Notes: a model not told the origin generated them from the sequence alone. Shown: positions 27,501 through 41,973, counted from the stretch's first letter. The stretch is 64,000 nt of DNA from Antedon mediterranea (GCF_964355755.1 NC_092676.1:16324871-16388870); one strand, 5' to 3'. Numbers and translations: made by a program.

Positions 27501-30500
27501 GTGTGAGGTGTATAGTTGTCACTTTAAGATCTAAATTAGATGTTTTCTGAAGAAAAGAAGTAAGCGCATACGCTTTCAAACAACTCCAAGAAGATTCACA
27601 CAAAAATAATTACTTTTCAATAAAGTAGTATAACAGTGTATATTACAGTACATTGAATAAACTCGAGCGGAATAATAACGCACATAAAAAAACATTCATT
27701 TTCTTTTCGAAAAGTGCCCTCTCTAGTTTTCTATTAATTTATTAATAATTATTATTAATTAATGAGTAATATGAACATATTTGTAACATTCAATGCTGGA
27801 AGCTGGTTCTACTCCTAACAAAGTTTCATATCTCCAAATTTCATCAACGTATTCAAAGCACTTCAATATTAAATATCACATTTAACATAAAAATTCGGGT
27901 TTTGGATAGAATTTTGCTTAAAAACATATACAAAAAACATCGATAAAAAATACTTTTCGTATTCAAAAACATTTGATACTTGGTATAAATGTTCACTATA
28001 GGTTGCTCTATTCACAGAAAAAAATTGCATTCATGAACGTTTTTTGTTGGTTGTTTTTTCAAAATAGTTATTAGCTTGAAAAAAATGAGTTGGAATTGTA
28101 TGGTCTTTCATAAGTGTACATTTTGTAAAAACGTAAATTTAAAAAATCAGTGATATGGCTTGATAGTTATTTTTGGTTTGCAATATGGATGGAGCAACCT
28201 ATATTGAACATTTATACCAAGTATCAAATGTTTTTGAATACGAAAAGTATTTTTTATCGATGTTTTTTGTATATGTTTTTAAGCAAAATTATATCCAAAA
28301 CCTGAATTTGTAATGTTAAATGTAATTTATTTAAGTGCTTTGAATACGTTGATGAAATTTGGAGATATGAAACTTTGTTAGGAGTAGATACAGTTTCCAG
28401 CATTAAATTTTAAAAATATGTTCATATTACTCATTATTTGATAATAATTATTAATAAATTAATAGAAAACTAGAGAGGGCACTTTTCGACAAGAAAATGA
28501 ATGTTTTTTTTATGTGTGTTATTATTCCGCTCGAGTTTATTCAATGTACTGTAATATACACTGTTATACTATTTTATTGGAAAGTAATTATTTTTTTGCG
28601 AATCTTCTTGGAGTTGTTTGAAAGCGTATCCGCTTACTTCTTTTCTTCAGAAAACATCTAATTTAGGTCTTAAAGTGACAACTATACACCTCACACCACC
28701 AACCTCCAACACACTAGTTTCTGCCCACACACACTTCATCTCCTGAACTAACATAGTACAGTATAAGTCAAATAAATTTGTTAATTTTTTTTTATTGCTG
28801 CCTCATAAAATATTATATAATAGTAACAATATCAGAAAGGTATATAGGTATTGTAATAATTTAAAAATATGAATATATGTTTATACATACATTATAAATG
28901 AAATATATTAACTACTATTTTAGTAATGCATACACAAGTACAGAATATCAGAAATCAATGAATCATGTGTCTAAATGTGGCATTATTAGGCTAATTTGCT
29001 TTGAGAAAAACACTGATGCCATTAGCCTATACAAAAATCAAGACAATTAGACAAAATATTTACATAAACAATTAATACTAATATTGGTAGGCATAAAATA
29101 ATAGTGTATATAAACTTTCCTTAAATAATAACAGTATAGGGCCTTACCAATTTATTTAATACATAATATATGAACTATATTACACAAAAAAAGTATAAAT
29201 GAATTTATAAGGAATTTATCATGTAGCCTTTAATGACTTTACATGGAGGTCTATTCAAATAAATTTAAATAAAAGGGTCATAATATGTCTTCGTCTCCAG
29301 TTCGTGGAAATTGAAGTTAGGATTCCATCATTTCAACAACAAAAAATATTCAAAATATCCTGCCAGTTTGCATTCAAGACCTGCAACCTCCTTAGTTTTT
29401 AATACGAGTACTGCTTTCTATACACATAACTTTGATTTCTGCAAAAAAAAAAAAAAACTCTGTAATAATGTACTTTAAATACTGTAATAATCTAGGTATA
29501 GATTATGTTTACCAGGCCAGTGAGAGGGCGTTCGACTGTACTACCATAAGTCCTGTAGGTGTATACAACTTATTTCTTGTCTACAAAGTGTATAGTAGTA
29601 TGCTAATAGTACTATTATTAGATTAGGTAGTTGGGAGTAGTTTGGAGAGATACATCTATCTATAAAAGAGTACTGTATATATGGAACTATCTGTGTTAGC
29701 CGCCTTTGTATTTTTAGATATAATACCAATAGGTACTATGTATTGGGAAACAATTCAACAGTTATGAATAACAAAAGTCCTATGTACTCTGTATATTGGA
29801 GGAAATAAGCATAAGAGCAAATAAAGCCTTGACCACAGGGTGTAAGTCACTATTTTGAATCAGTAGTATGACTTCTTAAGAAGTAATTTAAAAATAAAAT
29901 TATCATTGTATGATCAAAAAGAAATATTATAATATCTAACTTTCTCCTTTATATAAATATATTATTTTATCCAAGGGGTTGCAAACACAAGTGTTCACAT
30001 GCCTTGTTAAGTATTGCACCTTTGTCCTGTCTTTATGTTTTCTGTAATGTCACTGCACTAACGGGTGACCGGTAAACGAGCTCCGCTCTTACGGTTATCC
30101 ATCCATATAAGTTGTTCATCTCTTATGTTCAGAAATTGAAATGGTAAATAAACTGAAACTGAAACTGTGCTTATGTGGTACAGGTTGACGAGCCAGGAAT
30201 GATGGTAGTGCCAGTATACCGTGTAGTTTAGCCTCAAGGCAATACCATGTAGCTGGAGTAGCTTGGACAAATACAGTAGAGATTTATGAGACTTGGTGTG
30301 TGATGATTCAGTATGATAAATTTGTGCTGTGAAAGACAAAATTGTAGAATTAGGAAGAAAATATTGTAAAATATAACAAGGAAATTATACTATAGTATAA
30401 TTAAGGAGTAACCGTATAATACATAATTAATAGTAATAAAGGCAATGGCAATTACTTATATTATGTATACATTACAATAATATTACAAATAAATTCATAT

Positions 30501-31605
30501 ATTATTTTATTATGATAAGGAAATCTGTTTTAAATGAGAAAAAGCCGTCCCAACCCAGATTTGAACCCAGCTATCAATAAACCTATAAAACAAAATAGAC
30601 CATATTGTAGCCAGACTGGGTAGCGTAGACTTACTTGAGGCCTAGGCATAGTACGATTAGCTAGAAGGATACAGGTCAACCCGTACCCATGCCATGCCAA
30701 CACGCTCGTACCCAAATTTTGGTTTACATATATCCAAAATTTTGGCTTACTCGTACCCATCATGGGCTGCCTAGTAGTAGTAGTAGTAGTAGTAGCCTAG
30801 CCTAAGGCAGCAGGCCCGGCCCTAGCCTACTACAACTTAAGTCTAGGCCTAGCCTAGTACTAGTAGGCCTCTAGGCCTAGCCTAGGCCTAGGCCCTAGTA
30901 GTTAACATCATACATACGCCCTAGAGTCTAGGTAGTATATTCCTACCTACTACTCACTACCTAGGCCTAGGTAGTAGCAGTAGTAGTTATTGTAGTAGTA
31001 TTATTATATTGTAGTATTAGTTGTAGCTGTCCGGTGATCCTTGGTCACTTGTCTAGATCCCCTAGTAGGCCTAGGCTAGGCCTAGTACGTAATTATTCTT
31101 CAACAGTCACACAATTCAGATTCTGCCGGCCGCTGATGATTGCTAGTGAACAGGGGGAGGGAGAGAAAGAGTTAGAAGAACTGAAATAAGCCGTGACGTA
31201 TAATAAACATCATACAAAATAATAATATAACTAACGAATCCGTATAATATAATAATGTTGTATGTTATAAAGTAAAGTAAATGCGTTTAATATAATACAA
31301 TTATATTATAATATAATGTATTTTATTAATAATATAATATTAAATGTTCATAATATAATGCTAAAACCAAATAATATAATACAAAAAGTCAATAATTTGT
31401 TACATTTTTCACATAATGTGATAAATGATACTTGACTTGACTTGACTTGACTTGATAATATATTAGAAATAGATATAATATAATGCTAAAACCAAGTAAT
31501 ATAATGCAAAACGTATAATTCATTACAATACAATATATAATATAATAAAAAAATGATATAATAATATAATATTTTGAATACTTCAGACAGCTGAGGCTTG
31601 CCATA
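24503..31605. mobile_element. 7.1 kb foldback element: ~3.5 kb inverted arms (24503-28014 / 28186-31605), ~170 bp spacer
   Basis: TATGGCAAGCCTCAGCTG..CAGCTGAGGCTTGCCATA ends; mirrored identical ORF translations (25719-26000 vs 30058-30339); TSD TATAAG (6 bp) or ATATAAGT (8 bp). Confidence 0.9.
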
Positions 31606-31616
31606 TATAAGTATAG

Positions 31617-34600
31617 TTTTTTTTTTTTTTTATCTTATGTGGGTTCATCCCACTTTTATTTCCATACCACTGTTCTCTTTACATATATTTTTCACTATAC
31701 ACTATACATATCATTATATTTACAATGTTTGTTTAATCATCTGTATACATATACTTATTTAAAGAGTTTTATTCATTTGTTTACATATTATCACATTGAT
31801 TACATAGCTTCCTCTTTTTAGACATATTATCTGTAACACATTTTCATTAACAAGCTTATTTTTTTTTCTTACATAGTTGTTTTTGATTTTTTCATCTACC
31901 ACATTTTCATTTAACAATGCATATTCTCTGTTATACTCATTACTTACTTACATAATATTGTTCTCATCCTTTAACATTAATATTAATATTTTTGTTCTTT
32001 AATGTTTACAAAACCAGCAGATCCTTTTTTGCATCTATAACTTCTTAAATTTTCATTTAACTTTTTTACTTTCTTCTCTTATGTGGATTCATTCCACTTT
32101 TTTTTTTTTACTTATTTTCTTTAAAAAAAAAAAAAAAAAAACTATTTCCATATATTATTTTGTTTATACATACATTATCATTTAACCACATTGATTACAT
32201 AGTTTCATCTTTTTATACATATTATCTATAACACATTTTCATTAACAAAGCTTATTTTTTCTTACATAGTTGTTTTTGGTTTTTTTTTCATCTACATGCA
32301 TATTTATTTCATACAATTATAATACGTTTATGTTTAATAAATCCATCCCATGGGTTTGTCCCATTTTATTTTTCTTTGGATTTATCTATGCAAACATATT
32401 TTCATTTAAACAATGCATATTCTCAGTTATACTAATTACTTACTAACTTTTTACTGTTAACATTATATTTTCCTCATCCTTTAACATTGATTTTTTGGAT
32501 CTTTAAATGTTTACAAAATTTTTTTCCAACAGATTATCCTTTTTTGCATCTACAGTATAACCCATCAAAGTTTCATTTAACTTTTTTTTTTCCTATGTGG
32601 GTTCATTCAATTATTTTTTTTTTACTTATTATTTATTCTATTATTTTTTTATACATACATTATCATTTACCAACATTTGTGTTTAATGATCCATTAAAAA
32701 AAATTTGACATTTTTTTTTCTTTTTAACCATTTTATCATTTCAAAATTCCACATGCAGTAAGAATGTGCAAATTACATATATACGGTATATACCTATAAT
32801 ATGAAAGCTTTGATGAAAACACTTCACCACTTAAACCTAAACCTTCTTATCCTTCATCATTTTTTTTTTATCATCAATCTATAAAAAGCTTTTCACATTT
32901 TGTCTTTTTGTTTTCAAATCATCAAGGTATACATATTTACAAAATATACAGTATAGTAGCAAGGAAAAAAAGAAAAAAAAAAAAAATCTCATTTTCTCAT
33001 TTACATATTTTCTTCCTTAATCTGGTTGAGCATATATAGTATACCTGCAGATTTACATATTTCTTATCTTTTTTTCAGATTTAAACATTTGTAGGAGATT
33101 GATTTTTTTTTCTTTTTCCAATAAACTTAATATCTTTACTTTATAAATACAAAATGCTCCTAAAGTGTATAATTTATTTACGTAATTATTGTCAGTTTCA
33201 AATAAAAGTCTTTTGAAAGAAAAAACAGGAATATGTATGCTTACTGCTCTAATTATTTCGTTTATCTCTCTCCATAAACATTTTACTGTTATGCACTCTA
33301 CTAACATATGTTTATCATTCTCAATAACATTGCATGTGTCACAACATGGGGAATTTACAAGTCTCCACCTATGTAATCTTTCATTTGTTGGCAATATTCT
33401 GTGCAACAATTTAAAATTAAAATGTGCCAGTTTTTTTTCTTTAAGACCAGAAACTTTCTTAACCCATATTTTTGTCCATGGCATATTACCAAATATGGAT
33501 TCCCACTTAACCTGTGCCGTAGGTGTAATATATTGAGCATCTATTATGAATCTATATAATTGTCTAGACGTCATATTTAAGACCTTATTGTTTGTAATAG
33601 GTATATCATTTACATTAATGTCATGTGTTGATTTTAAAATACATTTCCATTCTTTTGGAATGGCTTTCAATATACATGAATATTCACTGATCCAATTTTG
33701 TGTACATCTTAACCTTCTTTTTATCTCTATCGCAGGCTTAAACACATTATTATTTATTACATCATATATTTTTAAAAACCCTGAACTAATCCAGTTACAG
33801 TTATATAACGGCTTCTTTTTAATACATATAAACTCATTACCCCATAATGATTGATTAATAATGTCATCATAGCTTATTGGTTTTTAGTTTGTTTTATCTT
33901 TATACTGGGTGACCTCTTCAGTCAAAGACTGATCTCCCAGAGGGCCCAGTTGGTGATCAGTGGCTGTGATGTACTAGTACACCGGGGTAACCCCCTACTC
34001 GTCTCGAAAGATGTACTAGGTTCTTTAAAGTGCACACGAGCAAGTTGTGTACACTGGACCTACGGTTTATAGTCCTTATCCGAGAAGACTCGTTCTACCA
34101 CCAGAACCATGGAGTGAGTGAGCCTCGAACCCCTGCCGATGTTATGGCTACGTGATTACGGTTCCACTGTCTTAACCGCTCGGCCACTCACTCACTGGTT
34201 CCTTATTTAATCTATTATTACAAGCATTAGCTACTGCTATAGACTTAATAACTGAGAGGTAAAATGGTGGTACGGATATATTACACGGAACTTTTGATAA
34301 ATTTGAGGTTAATGATTTTGGGCCTATCTTTTCTATATAAAATGTAGGTAAATATTTCCATTTGGCATCATCGTTTTCATACAGTCTCCTGTACCATTTA
34401 ACTTGGAAAGATATTACCTGAGATCTGAATTCTACCATTTTTAGACCACCTTGACTGTAATTGGCACACATGGTTTTTCTTTTTATTTTCTCTTTCTTAG
34501 TTTCCCAAATGAATTTAAAAATTAATTTATCCACCTCTTTTATTACTTTTTCTGGTACTAGCAAAATGCAGGAATTGTATATAATTTTTGAGAGCGCTAA

Positions 34601-36687
34601 TGTTTTTACAATAGTAATTCTTCCAAAAAAAGTGAGGTGTCTTTTCTCCCATGTTTTTAGGGTATTTTCTAATGCGTCTATTTTTTCTTTCCAGTTCTTT
34701 TGATAACAATATTCCTTATCATGTCCAACATAGATACCTAATATCCGAATTGGTGTGGATGTCCAAGAAATGTTACCATGTGTGTCCTTGCAGTCTCTTA
34801 AACTGCCAAGCCAAAAAGCATTTGTTTTATTCTTATTTAATTTTAATCCAGAAACCTCTCCAAACTTTTCAATAATACTTATGCTGTTATCTATACTATT
34901 TATATCCTTTAGAAAAAGCACAGTGTCATCTGCTAGCTGTGCAATCTTAATATCTTTAAATATACCATTGCCTGCAGGAACAATCAGGCCTTTGACCATA
35001 TCACATGCTCTTATTTTTGTAGCTAGGACTTCAGCTACTAAAATAAACAATAGAGCAGACAAGGGACATCCTTGTCTAATACCTTGGTGCATTGCAAAAC
35101 TTTCTGATTGCCAACCATTATTTGTGAATATACAATTTGTATTGTTATACAGTGCTTTTACCCAGTTCACAAATGAAATACCAAAATTGAATTTATTTAA
35201 GGCTTCTATTAAAAATGATCTATTGACACTGTCAAATGCTTTTTGGAAATCTAAACTTATAAGTATACCTTCAAGCTGTTCATTTTCCATGTAAGTAATT
35301 ATGTCCTCTATTAGTCTTATATTGTCACCACCAAAGCGACCTTTTACATACCCTTTTTGGTCATTGTTTATTATATACTTTGCAACTCGATGTAATCTTG
35401 TTGTAAGAACAAAAGAAGCTATTTTGTAGTCAATATTGAGTAAAGTGATAGGGCGCCAGTTATTTAAATCTTTGTGATCACCTTTTTTGTAAATAAGGTT
35501 GATTATTCCCCTTCTTTGTGACACAGACATTTCTTGTGTGGCAAAACCATAATTTAGTGCATCACAAACAAGGTCACAGATAAGGTACCAGAAGAGTTGA
35601 TAAAACTCAACTGTTAAACCGTCACTGCCTGGAGCTTTATTTTTTTTCATTTTCTTTATTGCTTGCTCACATTCGAAGAGAGAGAGATGACCCTCACACA
35701 TCTCTTGTTCTGCCTCTGTGAGTTTAGTTAAATTAACATGAGATAGGTACTTATCAATTGATTTGTAAGGAACATCTTGTTTTGCATATATTTTTTTGAA
35801 GAAATTAACCTCTTCCTTCAATATCTCTGTGGAATTTGATATAATGGATCCGTCCTGTTTTTTTTAATTTTTTAATATGTTTTTTATTACTATTATTTTT
35901 CTCTAAACCAAGAACGTATTTAGTGTTTCGTTCGCCATCTTCTATCCACTTTGCTCTTGACCTAATTTGAGCGCCTTTAGCTTCCAATAGGTAAATTTGC
36001 TCAAGTTCATTCTTTTTTTGATCTAATTCTGTTTCATACTGGATATTATTATCAGTATTATCCTTTTTCATAATTAAATCATTAATGATAGCAATTTCCT
36101 GTTGAAGTATTTCTTTTCTTTTGCATTTATTTTTATTTTTCATTTTCCCATATTTTATGGAGAATTCCTTTATTTTTACTTTAATCATTTCCCATTTATC
36201 CTTTGGGTTAAGTTCTTCTAATCTAGCTCTTTCTATTATGTTTTTGATGTTGTTTATATAATCTTCATTATCTAAGTGAGAATTGTTCATTTTCCATAAT
36301 CCTGGGCCTCTTTCTTCATTAGTTAAACTTATTTTTAAGGATATGGCTTGGTGATCAGACATGATTGACGGCCTGATATCACATGTGTTAACATATTCAC
36401 ATAAGTCGTTAGATATAAAAAAAATAGTCCAACCTTCTGTACGTTTGGGTGGATTTCCTTCGCCATGTGAATTGACATGTATCCGGGTTATTTTTTCTCC
36501 AGATGTCATTAAGATTCAGATTTTTCATAAAATGTGTTATTGTAAAAACAGAATTATCTACTCTATCGACACTACCTTTTTGGTCAAATTTTCTGTCTAG
36601 AGCACAATTCATGTCACCACCTATAATTATTTTATCATTTTTGCTTTCTTTGAAGTCAATAATTGTTTTATGTAAAGTCCTGAAGTA
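31617..36687 (-). mobile_element. 5'-truncated L1/Tx1-clade LINE (APE endonuclease-RT-zf ORF2, frameshifted, SINE-interrupted) with 1.4 kb 3' UTR and poly(A)
   Basis: GGDMN, RLDYFF, SDH, GPGLWKMN (APE); KAPGSDG, WRPITLLN.DYKI, LDFQKAFDSV, GIRQGCPLS, QLADD (RT, 34172-35821); CDTC..H...C (33053-33745); poly-T 31617-31632; direct repeat ATATAAGTATAGTT at 31605-31618 and 36690-36703. Confidence 0.95.
33883..34195 (-). mobile_element. tRNA-derived SINE inserted in LINE ORF2
   Basis: A box TGGCCGAGCGG, B box GGTTCGAGGC, core GGACTATAAACCGTAGGTCC (recalls Deu/Nin-type cores); near-identical copy at 63304-63631; LINE frame resumes KEP/ISYDDIINQSLWGN. Confidence 0.88.
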
Positions 36688-37453
36688 ACATATAAGTATA
36701 GTTAATGTATAAGATTATAAAAGAAAGGAAATGTATTAATGATGACATGTATAACAATTAATTAAAGATAAAAACGCATCTTATTTGTATTTATGATGTT
36801 ATTTATTATGTTAATTGATAACGCAAGTATAAAGAAAGGTATATAAGATTATAAAAGAAAGAAAATGCATTAACGTTAACATGTATACAAATTAATTAAA
36901 GATAAAAACGTAGGTTAAGTTGTATTTATTTTCAAGCAAAAGTAAGAATTAAAAAGATAAAAATTGTTAAAAAGAGAAAAAAAGTTTGTTAATTGATAAT
37001 GTATGTATCAAGAATATAAGTATAATTAATATATAAGATTATAAAAGAAATGAAATGCATTGATGATGACGTGTATAAAAAATAGAAAATAACTATGGTT
37101 AATAATGATAATAGGTATAGAAATAAATACAAAAATCATTAGTAATTCAAACAGATGATAACAAAATTTCAATTGCATACATATATATTACTGTTTTGAT
37201 ATGATGTTTGTTTGAAATAAAAGTGGGATGATGAAAAATCATGCTAAATTTCTGTCGAGAAACGCATGGCACGGAATATAGTCAGGCCATCCACAGCATG
37301 AATTGTTTAAGTTGTTTTTGTACATATGTTTTTTGTGTAATAACCTATCGTATTTTGTACTTTAATTGTAATATAACGCTCTAAATTAATTTGAATATAC
37401 CAAGAACCTGAAACATACCATTACACCATTGTGTAGGCAGAATCAGGTAAGTT

Positions 37454-37600
37454 AAAAAAAAGAAGGTTTCCTCGTCTTTAAGCAGTTACTTCGTTACCCA
37501 ATGCTCTTCTCCAAACGCTATGTAAATGACGTTAGGAAGAACAGCACAACAATACCCGTAGGAACGAAGTACTGTGAGATACTAACAAACCACTAATGAC
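37454..37600 (-). ncRNA. Hairpin-RNA unit U3 (family B), transcribed part only, separated from any promoter
   Basis: Near-identical to 42280-42425 and 47073-47220; T8 terminator at 37454-37461. Confidence 0.5.
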
Positions 37601-38279
37601 AGAGTCTTGATGACCATCTTTTGTTTTTTTTTTAATATTTCTTGAAATATAGTCATCACTTGATTTCTAAATTCTTTATTTCACCCTAAACAATATCATG
37701 CGCTTTTAGATTGAAGAGCAGAGAGCAATACAATTTACAGTAAAAAACAATGATTAATTGGTAAATATCTTGAAATAAGGTCAAAATCATTCAAGCGTCG
37801 CTGGAGTTAGCTCCGTGGCGTTAGTTAAGATAGGGTATATAGCTGTCGTTAATAAGCGCCACGGACGTAATGATTTGCGTTAATAACGCCATAAACCATT
37901 TGGAATTGTGTTTGTGTGTGTTGACTTTTATTCATTTTTAAACTTTTTTTTATTATTTCAATGGCTTTGATATTTTTTTGTTTGAGATGTGTTTCCTATG
38001 TTAGTTTTTGCCTTTTTATAGTGTTTTTCTTTAAAATTCAGACATAGCCTATAAAGACATAGCCTATTATGTGCGGCCCTTCAATAATAAGCAGACGTGG
38101 TTTCGAAGGAGATACGTAAAAGTACGCGAAAAAATTAATTGCATTAAAATATAGATACTGATTGACCAGTCCCTGGTGGCCACTCACTAATTAATATTCA
38201 ACATTTAAAAAAATAGCCAAACCACGCGAAATTAAAAATTAGGACATTCTTTATTGTTATCCGTTAATAATATATTTCT

Positions 38280-39826
38280 TCATAATCTGTTATTTTGTCT
38301 CCGTAGTCGTTGAAATACATGATGAGTCTGATAACTAAATTATCTTTGTGTGATCTTCCTAAGACACCCCTAGTCTGTGACATCTTTCCAGCTACCACTC
38401 GTCCACTTTTCAAAGTCAACATCTAACAGATGTCTTTCATTTTTTTTTGCCGGTTTTCCCACATCCTTAACTTATATTAATTTTGTGTTTTTTTAGTTTA
38501 TTTTGTATTTACTGTTTGTTTGAGGGTCCCTAATGATCAGCTGATGCTGGATGGACCACCCTCATAAAATATTGTTGAAATAAATAAATAAAATAAAATA
38601 TTGGATGTCTCGTTCTCGCCTCATTGACAGTCTATGAAGGCGTCTTTTGTTCTGCCTTTCTTCCTCTTCTAGTTTGTACTATTAAAAAAAAGAAGCTTAA
38701 ATTAGAGGCTTTTTATAAATAAAATAAGTCCACTGCCATGTTGACAATCACCATCTCCACTCCACCAACCAACCCTTGCTTATAATATTATATTATTTTA
38801 CCTGGTGGAATTTATTAGCATGTTTAATTCCTTGCATTAGCGAATTATTACGATGACGAGGATGGTTATTTTGAATATTGGTGAAGATTGATAGTAACTC
38901 TCTGTCAACACCAGGACCAAACGATAATTTCAGCTCATTCATGAGTCCGTATCTTGTCGGTGGTCCGTATCGACGTCGTTGGACAGATAACTGACTGTCT
39001 ACTGACATTTCCGATGCAATTCTGAAAAAAGAAGGAATATTTATCATCAACAATGATAGTTGAAGATGATTTGTGATTTGATCATTGACAAAAATTAATA
39101 CTTTATGGCGATGATAATAATGATGATGATGATGATTATTATTATAATGATGAGATAAATTAATTGTGATTATTACGGGTGATAATTACTTTTTAATCTG
39201 ACTGGTTAGAATATGTGCCTCGGCAGTCCAATCATGGTCACCTTTTGAAAAATAAAGTATGAATATATTAACAACTTTGATTCATTTTGGAAATATCTAT
39301 AAATAAATGACAACAATAAACAATATCTTAAATAAACGGTTCCTCTTACCTTCTTGGACCATCTTTACGTCGTCGTCCTCTACGTCCGACCCTAAACTGT
39401 TCCTGTCGTCAGAGTTATCCTCTGGAATAATGAGCTCATCGTCATTTGAATGGATCTTCAGCAATGAGCTGATCGTCATTGTCAGCAATCAGTTCAGCAA
39501 TGGGCTGATCATCGTTGTCAGCAATCAGTTCAGCAATGGTTCTCATCGACTTCTTCAGTGATCGTCGAAGGGTGGCCGAACGGGATTTAGACTTCCTTTT
39601 CTTGTCTTCCCCATCCTTAGTACCCGACAGCTTATCTGTGTCAATTGTCAACGCAGTTACTTAATCATCATCTGCTGTCGTGTTCTTAGATTCAGAACTT
39701 GGCCACTACCGCCGGGACATTTGGAGGATCAACACTACTTCCGTCTTGCAAATTAAATTCTTCGGGATTATCAGCAACGAATTTCTCAACTGAGTTGCGT
39801 TGACATAAGTTCAAAAGATTACCCAT
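38280..39826 (-). pseudogene. Spliced orphan gene relic (acidic/basic low-complexity protein, MG start)
   Basis: Exon-like blocks 39350-39826, 38802-39021, 38678 to about 38600 with GT-AG borders; FHQ|YKLEEEERQNKRR joins in frame; frameshifts and a stop in exon 1; CpG-rich upstream region 39895-40030. Confidence 0.45.
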
Positions 39827-40423
39827 ATGATTTGTAATTAATATAGATACAATACGAGATATGAAATCAATACAAATTTCAGAAAAGGTTTCGTTGATAT
39901 GGCGAATGCGTTCTTTATCGTAGTAACATCGACGCGCGTACAAGGCATCCATGCAAACAAAGCGCAACCGCTATGTGTGACGACGCCGCCCGCTACGTGT
40001 GACGCAAGATGGGGAAGGAAGGGGGTGGATGTCTTAACTATCGATTACAATATACTGTTATATTATATCCATACAAACAAAATAATTAATTTCATTTGAA
40101 ACAATTTTCATTCAACAAAAAGTATTACTATGAAAATAATTAAATTGATTATTAAATCATTATAATAATGTGTACTTTCAAATAATACAGAAAAAAAGTT
40201 ATTACACAATTTAAAAAACATAAAACAAAAATAATTATTCTGTACTAAAACCGTGATATTTTTGTTCATCTACCATTAATTTGGATTTACATTCAAAATA
40301 ACACACAGTACAATACAGTGCACTACTGTATAAAGAAACTATTGAATTCAAATTTTATTTATCAATTTGATTTGACAAAAGTATGCAAAACCTTTTCACA
40401 CATATTTAATATAAATTAGCAAA

Positions 40424-40880
40424 CTATTTCTACACAACTAAAATTTGTGAAAGCAGTGACAATAATTATAACACAATATAAGTTTATGTTATATTATTTG
40501 ATAATTTGAGTTAATTTTAATATATTTTATAATAATATTAATTATTAATAATAATATGTCTCTCTTGTTATTTAGATGATATTATTTCGATTAACATATA
40601 TTTTTAAACAAATCATACATATTCATGAGCTTTTACTGGGTCACATGTATTGATAATACAATCCAACATTGAACAATTTGATCTAAAAATAACATGAGAA
40701 ATTGTCAATACGGTATTAGAATACTGAAGTCAATAGACCCGACGAATCATTTATATATTTTAACTGCATGATACTACAAGCCGTTACGGTGACTCTGAAG
40801 AATAGATGAAATACATATGCTATCCTGATCATATTCAATATTTCAACAGTAAACATTAATGTCAATTGTGTAACAGGATC
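40424..40880 (-). promoter_or_regulatory. Orphaned type 3 Pol III-like promoter block (U4)
   Basis: PSE-like TGTCACTGCTTT at about 40450-40461 and octamer-like ATGAATAT at about 40619-40626; TATA mutated; paralogous to 42464-42850. Confidence 0.5.
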
Positions 40881-40892
40881 CTATCTTATTAA

Positions 40893-41973
40893 TCTATATA
40901 TAAATTTACGTAATGGCAAAATTCGGTAAATCATGCGTTACTTCTAGAATGTTTACTCGATGGTATATAAAGTTGGTTCGTACTTTCGGTACAGATTTTA
41001 ACCACCTGATGTAACCCTGTTTACTAATAAAATTGAGTTAGATAATTAGTTATTGACAATTAAAACGAATTTAGTTCATAATGTTGAAGACAGACCGATT
41101 TTATTAAAAAAATACTATTTTGATAGATTTAATATATGTTTAGGCCTATACAAATGTATTGATTTGTGATGATGAATGGAACATTCCAAATTATTTGGTT
41201 TAACCATAGAGGTATAGGCTTACCTCTATAATTTAACACAAGTAGGTAAATGTATGGGCCCTTTGGAGAATAAACATAAATAGTATTGCAATGCTGTACA
41301 ATACTGCAAATAGGTATTAACAACTTTTGATCGCCATTTGAATCGCAAATTTCTTACTGTGAGTGTTGGTACTGTTAGATATAATATAAACAAATATACA
41401 AATAAACTTTATTACTGTGAGTGTGGGTTAGATTATAAACATATAATATACAAATAAATAAACTTTATTATTGTATTACTGACAGTTGCTTCTCAACGTT
41501 TGTATTAATTAATAATTAAAAAATATATAAACGTCGTAGTGGTGTATCGTTACATGTACTTTACTATTTCAATCGACTATGACAGTGAGAGTTTTAACAA
41601 AGTAATAAATCGCAAATGTCTTACTGTATTTAGTGGTATATTATTTATAAAACATTACAAAAATATTTCGTTACTGAGTGGATAAGAATATATTTAAAAA
41701 TTGTTCCTCTTTGTACCTATCCTCTTCCCCATCCATCAACCCCAATGTTACATACAAAACACAAAATTACGTCCAAATAAAAAAAATTGAAAATTGAAGT
41801 TTCTCTCTCGGAAGTAATTCCCAGGGTGCTAATTTTGGTTTACTACATAAATCATTGTGTCTATTTACTCGTTTTTCTGTAAACGACAATGTATTTTATA
41901 GTCCTCGGTACGTACATTTGAAATCTCAAGTTTTTTTCTCACTAGAATTACTGTGTATTCGAAAACCATCTAG
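40893..41973 (+). mobile_element. Non-autonomous Helitron lacking the 3' hairpin
   Basis: A|TCTATATATAAATTTACG start and ACCATCTAG|T end; the hairpin segment is missing. Confidence 0.85.

Noticed and set aside
24474-31604. Mirrored ORF pairs on opposite strands
   Set aside because: A by-product of the palindrome; no recognisable protein features.
33189-36688. Plus-strand ORFs overlapping the LINE
   Set aside because: Antisense shadows of ORF2.
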